Origin: an uncultured Gammaproteobacteria bacterium
Lineage (GTDB): Bacteria > Patescibacteriota > Patescibacteriia > Magasanikbacterales > UBA922
Assembly (NCBI GenBank): GCA_964597575.1
Contig: CAZQXB010000001.1
Span: 128,964-192,963 of the forward strand
DNA: 64,000 nt
Direction of reading: 5' to 3'
A model generated the notes under the pieces. The model was not told where the DNA came from and did no database searches. It saw only the letters and a program-made list of their open reading frames with translations. Made by a program: the position numbers and the translations under genes. Shown in pieces: positions 57,029 to 64,000 of the stretch; within the stretch, counting starts at the first letter, position 1, and every line of letters starts with the position of its first letter.

Positions 57029-58783
57029 ATGTCAGAACAACAAAGCCAAATGGATGCTCTGCGTCACAGCGCAGCTCATATGCTTGCCGCAGCAGTACTT
57101 AAATTGTATCCCGATACAAAGCTTGGTATTGGCCCTACCGTTGAAAACGGATTTTATTACGATTTTCTTTTTCCGGAAGGAGTGATGGTGGGTGAGAAGG
57201 AGCTCCAAAAAATTGAGAACGTGATGAGAAATATTTCGGGCGAGGGCCATGCATTTATTGGTAAGCCTGTTTCAGTCGACGAGGCGAAACAATTTGAGAA
57301 AAACCAACCATTTAAGCTCGAACTCATTGAAGAGTTTTCTCAGGAAGGAAAAGACCTGACCTTATATGAGTCTGGTCCATTTACCGACCTTTGCCGTGGG
57401 GGACACGCTGAAAATACAAAGGAAATTCCCATGGGCGGTTTAAAGCTTGATCGAGTGGCTGGCGCATATTGGCGCGGAGACGAGAAAAAACAAATGCTCA
57501 CACGTATTTACGGATATCTTTTTCCCTCAAAAGCTGAGCTCGATGCACACTTAACAATGCTTGAAGAGGCAAAGAAACGCGACCACCGTAAACTTGGCCG
57601 CGAACTCAAATTATTTACTATTTCAGAATTAATTGGACCAGGGCTTCCCCTTATGCAACCAAGGGGGATGATTGTGCGTAAAGCCGTTGAAGATTATTTG
57701 TGGGAACTCCATAAAGATTTGGAATATAGTCGTGTCTGGACTCCTCATATTGCGAAAGTTGCACTATACGAAACATCGGGTCATGCCGCGAAGTTTGGTG
57801 ATGAATTATTTCGTGTTCAAGGAAAAGAAGAAAGTTTCATCATGAAGCCAATGAATTGCCCGCACCACATGCAAATTTTTGCGGATAATCAGTTTTCCTA
57901 TCGTGATATGCCGGTTCGATATTTTGAACCAGCTACCGTGTATCGTGATGAAAAATCCGGTCAACTCGGTGGTCTTACTCGGGTACGTGCTATTACGCAA
58001 GATGACGGTCATTTGTTCTGTCGCAGTGTACAGATTGCTGAGGAAGTAAAAACGATTATCTCAGTTATTAAGAAGTTCTATACAACAATGGGCATGATGG
58101 AGGGATACTGGGTGCGCCTATCCCTTCGCGGTGATGATACGAGTAAGTATCTCGGTTCCGATGAAGTGTGGGCTATGGCTGAAAAGGCCTTAACTGATGT
58201 TTGTGAAAGTGAACAATTGCCATATAAACCAGCAAAAGATGAGGCGGCATTTTATGGTCCAAAGCTTGATTTCATGTTCAAAGATGCGATTGGCCGTGAA
58301 TGGCAGCTTGCCACAATTCAGTGTGATTTTAATTTACCAGAACGTTTCGACCTCTCATTTGTAAATGAGAAAGGGGATCGTGAACGTCCGGTAGTAATCC
58401 ACCGAGCTATCTCAGGGTCATTAGAGCGGTTTATGGGGGTGATGATTGAGCACTTCGCTGGAGCGTTCCCTGTATGGATGGCCCCAGTTCAAGTAGCATT
58501 CATACCGGTATCAGAAAAACACCAAGAAGGTGCGCACGAAATGATGAAACGATTTCGGAAAGAAGGAGTTCGTGTGGATATCGATATGTCGAATGAGACC
58601 GTCGGTAAAAAAATTCGTGCAGCTGCAACCGGCAAAATTCCTTACATTATCGTCGTTGGAGATAAAGAATTGTCAGGTGGGCCATTACAGGTTCGTGTTC
58701 GTGGGCAAGAAGAACCTCTTGTGATTTCTGAAACAGACTTTTTGACGCGAGTGGTACAAGAAGCAAAAGAGCGAGCTGCCTAA
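57029..58783 (+). CDS. thrS: threonine--tRNA ligase (lacking N-terminal TGS domain)
   Basis: Class II motifs, the editing/N2 domain starting HSAAHMLAAAV, and a C-terminal anticodon-binding domain are present. The start is set at MSEQQSQ just after the leader terminator. Confidence 0.95.
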   Translation: MSEQQSQMDALRHSAAHMLAAAVLKLYPDTKLGIGPTVENGFYYDFLFPEGVMVGEKELQKIENVMRNISGEGHAFIGKPVSVDEAKQFEKNQPFKLELIEEFSQEGKDLTLYESGPFTDLCRGGHAENTKEIPMGGLKLDRVAGAYWRGDEKKQMLTRIYGYLFPSKAELDAHLTMLEEAKKRDHRKLGRELKLFTISELIGPGLPLMQPRGMIVRKAVEDYLWELHKDLEYSRVWTPHIAKVALYETSGHAAKFGDELFRVQGKEESFIMKPMNCPHHMQIFADNQFSYRDMPVRYFEPATVYRDEKSGQLGGLTRVRAITQDDGHLFCRSVQIAEEVKTIISVIKKFYTTMGMMEGYWVRLSLRGDDTSKYLGSDEVWAMAEKALTDVCESEQLPYKPAKDEAAFYGPKLDFMFKDAIGREWQLATIQCDFNLPERFDLSFVNEKGDRERPVVIHRAISGSLERFMGVMIEHFAGAFPVWMAPVQVAFIPVSEKHQEGAHEMMKRFRKEGVRVDIDMSNETVGKKIRAAATGKIPYIIVVGDKELSGGPLQVRVRGQEEPLVISETDFLTRVVQEAKERAA

Positions 58784-58790
58784 AATGTAT

Positions 58791-58827
58791 AAAAAAAGAC
58801 TGACCGTTATGGTCAGTCTTTTTTTAT
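58791..58827. terminator. bidirectional intrinsic terminator
   Basis: The sequence AAAAAAAGACTGACC-gttat-GGTCAGTCTTTTTTT is a perfect palindrome with A- and T-tracts on either side, between convergent genes. Confidence 0.75.
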
Positions 58828-60374
58828 TTGGTTAGACGGTCAAGTATTTTTTGGTACTCTGCTTCCAATTTTTCTTCGGGTGTTTTTTCGCGGGTAAAAA
58901 AACGTACAAATTTTTTAGTAAAACCACGCTGAATATCTTGCTGAGTGTTTATCACCTCTAAACCCTGCAATCTCTCTGTGAGAGATTTTTGAAGAAGTGC
59001 TTCTGTGCTAAGCCCATCCCCACTATTTCGTGCAAGTATTTCCTCAAATCTCTGATCATTTCTCACGATAAGCTGTTCTTTTCCGGTAAGAATCCCTGTT
59101 CTGAGAAGAGAAGCCATTTCGTTCGAGAAGCGTCCATACCCTGTTTGTGGACGTGATTCCCAATCGTATTTTTTTAATTCCTGCTTTTGGTTTGGTACCA
59201 GCACTGGGGTTACGCGGGTATTGTAGATGCGAGTAGCTTCAACTTGCATCGGCGCAATTACGGAACTTTCTGACATTTTATACACGGGAGTTCGATCAAA
59301 TTTCGTTTTGTCTTTAGGGTTTTTCATTCCCAAACCCTCATTTTCGTCCGGTTCTTTTAAATCCTTATAAAATTGAAGAACCGGAGGGCTTTTTTCTCGA
59401 TCAGTAGTTTTTGAAGGAAGAGACGTCTCTACGGGATGTTCCGTGATACTCTGAGAAAGATATTGAACTAATTCTGACAACGAAGTTCTTGTGCCCTCAA
59501 ATTTTCTTCTTTCCTCTTCGGAAAGAGAGTGAATGTAATCAATGAAGGCCTGTGGATTGTCTGCAAGGGTTCCCTCTTTTATCATTGAATCTAATGTGGT
59601 GTGAAAATGTTCCGCATTGAGAAGTTCATGTAATGCGTATTTTCTCTGAAGCTCTTCTTGATTAAAGACCATCTTTTCGGGAGCTCTCCGAGGGGGAAGG
59701 GGAGGTGGGATTGCTCCGCTTTTTCTGAGAAGAGGTAGAGTGTTGATTGTGTGATTCAACGATTTAATTTTTTGGTAGATAGGATCATTTTGGTAGTCGG
59801 GTGTACCAGTACTTTCTTCTGAAAGAGGAACCGCAGCGACAAGAAGACGTTTCAGTTTTCTTTTATAGTTGTTGAGTTGAGGGTCATTTTTTTTCTCCAT
59901 GCGAGAAAATTCAGCTCGCGCCTCTTCTTCTGAAATGCCTTGAAGAATCATTCGAATATCGTCCGGAATGAATTCTTTGCCTGTCCCAAGAACATCGCGC
60001 CCCCCTTTTTTATTAAAAGAGATATAATTAAAAAGGTCGTGTATCGAGTATCTTTCTTTTTTACTCTCAATCACATCTTGTTCCTCAAGAAAAGACATAT
60101 GGTCTTCAAGCACGGGGCGTACAAGAACGTGCGAGTCAGTTTCTTGTATCAAAAGATCTTCGGGGGCAAGAGGTTTTTCGTCGTTAACCCGCGGTTGTTG
60201 TAGGTTTTGTATTTTTTCATTTTTGCGACGAACTTCACGCGTTACTTCAGCTTGTTTTTCAATGAGTGCACGCTCGTCTTCGCTCGGGTTTTGTTCGGCC
60301 GGAGGGGATGGGTGCCAGGATTCTAATCGATGGACCATAAAGAAGGAAATAAGATATCTATAGCATATCAACAA
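58824..60374 (-). CDS. hypothetical protein (516 aa), charged/low-complexity
   Basis: Long ORF, Lys/Glu/Pro-rich, with no TM helices. Confidence 0.45.
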   Translation of the reverse strand: MLICYRYLISFFMVHRLESWHPSPPAEQNPSEDERALIEKQAEVTREVRRKNEKIQNLQQPRVNDEKPLAPEDLLIQETDSHVLVRPVLEDHMSFLEEQDVIESKKERYSIHDLFNYISFNKKGGRDVLGTGKEFIPDDIRMILQGISEEEARAEFSRMEKKNDPQLNNYKRKLKRLLVAAVPLSEESTGTPDYQNDPIYQKIKSLNHTINTLPLLRKSGAIPPPLPPRRAPEKMVFNQEELQRKYALHELLNAEHFHTTLDSMIKEGTLADNPQAFIDYIHSLSEEERRKFEGTRTSLSELVQYLSQSITEHPVETSLPSKTTDREKSPPVLQFYKDLKEPDENEGLGMKNPKDKTKFDRTPVYKMSESSVIAPMQVEATRIYNTRVTPVLVPNQKQELKKYDWESRPQTGYGRFSNEMASLLRTGILTGKEQLIVRNDQRFEEILARNSGDGLSTEALLQKSLTERLQGLEVINTQQDIQRGFTKKFVRFFTREKTPEEKLEAEYQKILDRLTK

Positions 60375-60380
60375 TAGCCC

Positions 60381-60409
60381 CTTGACACAAGAATTTTTTT
60401 GCGCTATGC
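60381..60409 (+). promoter_or_regulatory. sigma70-like promoter TTGACA-17-TATGCT
   Basis: Exact -35 with a 17-nt spacer. Confidence 0.45.
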
Positions 60410-61010
60410 TATGCAGTCGCTTACAATAAACCTAAACCCATCAAGAAAGGGGGTTTCTGTGAGTGAAGAAGATAAAAAGATCGTACGCCTCTTCAGCACT
60501 CCTCGGAGTGCAAAAAAAGCTTCCTCAGTAGAGTCTGGTAGTGATCGCTCTTTATCTCCGGTAGTAGATTTCGCCGTCGCGCGTGCCAAAAAGGATCGGG
60601 AATACCCGATGGCGCAGCACTTCATCAATGTAAGTGATGTGAAGGCAACGCTTGAATACACGAAGACCGGTGAAAAAGGTTTCGCGCTCCTCCTCGTGAT
60701 CCATCATTGGGATCAGAAGTTAGCGGGTGCCGAAGAGATCGGGCAAGCCCTTAAAAATGACGTCCGTGCGCTCGTAAAGGACAATGGTTGTTTTAAGGTG
60801 AGCTTTAAACATCTCGAGCGCTCTAGTCCTTCGGAGTTGAGGATCGTCTATACGTGCCTCGGCCCCCGTGAGGAAAAAGCTCCTGGTTTTTACCCCAGGG
60901 ACATGATCACTTTTTTGGTGGCTAATCCAACCGGTGCGATCAAAAATCCGCGGATCATGATTCCGCGGTATGACGTACCTCCAGAGTTACCCCCACGCTC
61001 TGCAGGCTAG
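60399..61010 (+). CDS. hypothetical protein
   Basis: 203-aa ORF. The start is uncertain relative to the promoter. Confidence 0.4.
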   Translation: MRYAMQSLTINLNPSRKGVSVSEEDKKIVRLFSTPRSAKKASSVESGSDRSLSPVVDFAVARAKKDREYPMAQHFINVSDVKATLEYTKTGEKGFALLLVIHHWDQKLAGAEEIGQALKNDVRALVKDNGCFKVSFKHLERSSPSELRIVYTCLGPREEKAPGFYPRDMITFLVANPTGAIKNPRIMIPRYDVPPELPPRSAG

Positions 61011-61049
61011 CCCTGCCCCATGCTCCGGCCATGCGCCGTTCGAGCAGAA

Positions 61050-61087
61050 CGCCCAAAGTATTCTCCTTTGGGCGCTTTCGTTTTTTT
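61050..61087 (+). terminator. intrinsic terminator
   Basis: Stem CGCCCAAAG / CTTTGGGCG with loop TATTCTC, followed by CTTTCGTTTTTTT. Confidence 0.65.
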
Positions 61088-61760
61088 AAGCAGCTTTTTC
61101 TTGTTCGGTCTCTTCCTCCGGAGCCACATCTTCGTCTTCAGGAAGCCCTAGAATAACTGGCATCGGTGGTTTTTCTCGCAGGCTTTCCGGTAGCTCCTCG
61201 GTTTGAGGAACCGTACTTGATATAAAGTGCGCGAGCATCTCGAGCCCCTGGAGCCCATCACGCTCTTCCTGTGTTCTTCGTAGTTTTCCATCAAGCCGAA
61301 AGCTCTCTTCAAGAATTCTTTTATCAATAAGGGGCTGGACAATGCGCTTGAGTACTTCCCATGTCGGCCATTCTGGGCGAGTCGTGGCAGCGTCACTAAT
61401 AATGTTTTTGAGCCACGCAGCTTCCTTTGCCACTGCCTTTCGTTCGTTTATAGGCATGAGTCTGAACGCAGGAGTAAGTTTTTCGTACATATCGACGATC
61501 TTCCTTTCTCGTGCTTTTTCAACAAATTCAAAATCTTTTTTCGTAAGATCCTTATTTTGACTAGGAAGATTACGTCGATCAGAACCAAAATCCTTTTTTT
61601 CCATACCCTCTTCGGAAAGTTCCGGTGGCGCCTCGCGGTTTTGACGACGTTTTTTGGCGGCTACATCTTTTTGTTTCTCGATAAGCGGGTCATGATACCC
61701 CAGTGCTCGTAATTCATCAGGGTGAATTGCTCTAAGGGCATCTTTTTGAGTACGACGCAT
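61086..61760 (-). CDS. hypothetical protein (charged, helical)
   Basis: 224-aa ORF. Confidence 0.4.
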   Translation of the reverse strand: MRRTQKDALRAIHPDELRALGYHDPLIEKQKDVAAKKRRQNREAPPELSEEGMEKKDFGSDRRNLPSQNKDLTKKDFEFVEKARERKIVDMYEKLTPAFRLMPINERKAVAKEAAWLKNIISDAATTRPEWPTWEVLKRIVQPLIDKRILEESFRLDGKLRRTQEERDGLQGLEMLAHFISSTVPQTEELPESLREKPPMPVILGLPEDEDVAPEEETEQEKAA

Positions 61761-61816
61761 ATGATGAAGTTTAGTAAACTATAGTATATCACTTTTTTCT
61801 TATCCACGCATGTACC

Positions 61817-61845
61817 TTGATTCTATTCTTTCTTTTGGCTATACT
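61817..61845 (+). promoter_or_regulatory. sigma70-like promoter TTGATT-17-TATACT
   Basis: The -10 TATACT lies 10 nt before the miaB ATG, which suggests a leaderless or short-leader mRNA. Confidence 0.45.
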
Positions 61846-61855
61846 TGGGGAAATT

Positions 61856-63190
61856 ATGAAGGCAAATTCTCCCTTTCACTATCACATTCTGACCTTTGGC
61901 TGTCAGATGAACAAGAATGACTCTGAACGTCTCGAGAGTGTTTTGGCGCACATGGGGCTCAAAAAAACAGATACTCCAGAAACAGCTGATGTGATTCTTA
62001 TGAACAGTTGCTCAGTGCGCGAATCAGCCGAAAATCGTATTTTTAGCTTTACTAAAAATTTTGCCGAACTCAAAAAGAATAATCCTAATTTAGTAATTGG
62101 GGTTACGGGCTGTATGCCAGGAAGAGATAAGGATGGAAAAATGCAGGAAAAACTTGCTGGAGCAGATCTCTATTTTCCAACCCGCGACATGACCCGGCTT
62201 CCGAGCATGCTTGCGGCCCTGAACCCCGCCTTCCGTGATATGGAGGATCTCGAGGCCGACTATCTAAAACTCCAACCGACCTATGGCGCATCATTTCAAG
62301 CGTTTTTAACCATTCAAACCGGCTGCAACATGTTTTGCACGTATTGTGTGGTGCCGTACTCTCGGGGGCTTGAAGTGAATCGGTCGCTCAAAGATATTCT
62401 TGAAGAGGCGCGTTCTTTGGTTCTTCATGGGGTGATTGAAATAACACTCTTGGGCCAGATTGTAAATCACTATATTGCTCCTGATCCAGAACATTTTTCC
62501 CCAGAGAACCCGTATAGCAAAAATCATTTTGCTAAGCTTCTGTGGGAGCTGAATCAAATTCATGGGCTGGAGCGGGTTCACTTCACCGCTCCTCACCCGA
62601 TGTATATGGATGAAGAGGCGATTGATGCTTTAACTTTACCAAAACAGGTGAACTTTATTCATCTGCCCATGCAGTCGGGTGCGACAAACGTCCTGACGCG
62701 TATGAATCGCCGACATACGCGAGAATGGTATTTAGATACGGTGAAAAAGATTCGTGCCAAAAAACCAGAGATCGCGATTGGGACGGACATTATTGTGGGT
62801 TTTTCCGGAGAGACAGAAGAGGAGTTTGCTGAAACGTTGTCGGCCTATGAACTGTGTGATTTTGATATTTCATACCCCGCACAGTATTCGAAACGCTCAG
62901 GAACTCTTGGGGTGAAACTTTATAAAGACGACATTCCAAAAGAAGTAAAAAAAGAGCGTTGGGAAAGGTTGCAGGCGTACATGGAAAAAACAACCCAGCG
63001 GAAAAACCAAGCATATCTGGGGCGTACTGTTTCAGTGCTTGTAGATCAATTTGAAGACTCTTGGTGTACGGGAAATTCGAAGGAAATGAAACGGGTGCGG
63101 TTTAAGGGGGACGAAACGCTCGTCGGAACAATTCAAGATGTTTTGATTATAAAGCCCGATGTTTGGATGCTCTTTGGAAAGAAAACGTAG
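61856..63190 (+). CDS. miaB: tRNA-2-methylthio-N6-dimethylallyladenosine synthase (radical SAM methylthiotransferase, MiaB family)
   Basis: N-terminal MTTase domain (ILTFGCQMNKNDSE), radical-SAM CxxxCxxC (CNMFCTYCVVP) and a C-terminal TRAM domain. It is followed by miaA. Confidence 0.8.
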   Translation: MKANSPFHYHILTFGCQMNKNDSERLESVLAHMGLKKTDTPETADVILMNSCSVRESAENRIFSFTKNFAELKKNNPNLVIGVTGCMPGRDKDGKMQEKLAGADLYFPTRDMTRLPSMLAALNPAFRDMEDLEADYLKLQPTYGASFQAFLTIQTGCNMFCTYCVVPYSRGLEVNRSLKDILEEARSLVLHGVIEITLLGQIVNHYIAPDPEHFSPENPYSKNHFAKLLWELNQIHGLERVHFTAPHPMYMDEEAIDALTLPKQVNFIHLPMQSGATNVLTRMNRRHTREWYLDTVKKIRAKKPEIAIGTDIIVGFSGETEEEFAETLSAYELCDFDISYPAQYSKRSGTLGVKLYKDDIPKEVKKERWERLQAYMEKTTQRKNQAYLGRTVSVLVDQFEDSWCTGNSKEMKRVRFKGDETLVGTIQDVLIIKPDVWMLFGKKT

Positions 63191-63204
63191 TATACTACCC
63201 TTGA

Positions 63205-64000
63205 ATGGGTGATATTCAGTATCTTGGTTCTATGGTTCCTAAAAAACTCCCAAAAATCGTGGTCCTTCTTGGGCCAACTGCTGCCGGAAAGACCGAGTGG
63301 AGTTTGCGTTTAGCAAAGGTATTTAAAGGCGAGATTATTTCAGCTGATTCTCGGCAGATCTATAAAAAGATGGATATTGGAACAGCAAAACAACCCGGTG
63401 CCTGGGCACGGCAGGGGTTAAGTAAGGTCTACACGGTAAATGATATTCCTCATCACCTAATCGATTTTCTTGATCCAGGAAAGCCGTTTACGGTAGCTCA
63501 GTTCCGCGACCGAGCAGTGAAACATATAAAAATGGCCCACCGCAATCACCGTGTACCGTTTCTTGTTGGGGGGACTGGGCTTTATATTTCGGCGATTGTC
63601 GATAATTATCATATTCCTCGCATCTCGCCGAATAAAAAACTCCGAACGAGTTTAGAAGAAAAAACGAAAGAAGAATTAATGCAGCTTTTGGTGTCGCTTG
63701 ATCCGGAAACTGCGTCGGTGATTGATGCGAATAATACTCGCCGCGTGATCCGAGCTCTTGAGGTGTGTATTTTGACTGGGCAACCTTTTTCGACGCAGCG
63801 CGAAAAAGGAGAGGTCCTTTTTGACGTTCTCCAGATTGGTGTTGATGTTCCCCGGGAAACGCTTTATGAACGTATTCATAAGCGGGTAGACGGTATGATG
63901 AAGCAAGGACTCCTCCAAGAAGTAGAGGCGCTTATGAAACAAAAATATGCCTGGCATCTACCAAGTATGAGCGGGGTCGGATACCGTCAATTTAAAGAAT
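63205..64000 (+). CDS. miaA: tRNA dimethylallyltransferase (5' part; continues beyond window)
   Basis: P-loop VVLLGPTAAGKTEWSLRLA and the DSRQIYKKMDIGTAK motif are present. No stop codon occurs within the window. Confidence 0.8.
   Translation, partial: MGDIQYLGSMVPKKLPKIVVLLGPTAAGKTEWSLRLAKVFKGEIISADSRQIYKKMDIGTAKQPGAWARQGLSKVYTVNDIPHHLIDFLDPGKPFTVAQFRDRAVKHIKMAHRNHRVPFLVGGTGLYISAIVDNYHIPRISPNKKLRTSLEEKTKEELMQLLVSLDPETASVIDANNTRRVIRALEVCILTGQPFSTQREKGEVLFDVLQIGVDVPRETLYERIHKRVDGMMKQGLLQEVEALMKQKYAWHLPSMSGVGYRQFKE

Overview
This window reads as a compact, low-GC (about 42-45%) bacterial chromosome segment. It has the look of a Candidate Phyla Radiation / Patescibacteria-type genome: type IV pilus genes, many genes without Shine-Dalgarno sequences, short intergenic gaps and many ORFans. 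That placement is an inference from content, not a database result.

Recognisable content:
- A type IV pilus operon on the minus strand (pilB-pilC-pilM-pilN-pilO, 70-5125).
- rpsF-ssb-rpsR, followed by three prepilin-type minor pilin genes (6601-10377).
- galU, a standalone ABC-type solute-binding protein, tRNA-His, an SPFH protein, tRNA-Arg and xerC/D.
- spoU, trxB, rpe and rpiB.
- ileS and thrS, each preceded by a long leader with a canonical T-box antiterminator geometry.
- ruvA, gyrA, rpsA, ftsH, a TrmB-family regulator, a second PilB-type ATPase, miaB and the start of miaA.

The standout feature is a tandem array of 12 paralogous genes (11315-19693). Each encodes a signal peptide plus a conserved two-helix membrane module with the loop motif Y-[AG]-G-[FY]-L-W-M-T-x-x-G-[ND]-E-x-K…KA. 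The modules carry diversified extracytoplasmic domains, several of them very cysteine-rich. The module sits at either the N- or the C-terminus, and there is a recent gene-conversion tract between two copies. Topology and size match TrbC/VirB2-type (type IV secretion) pilins rather than type IV pilus pilins, and no type IV secretion machinery gene is visible in the window.

A second notable region is a GC-rich island of roughly 5 kb (about 44285-49500). It has minus-strand ORFans with strong ribosome-binding sites and three copies of a 48-bp nested palindromic repeat that show compensatory stem mutations. It also contains a gene-free stretch of about 1 kb. Similar GC-rich small genes with consensus promoters flank ileS.
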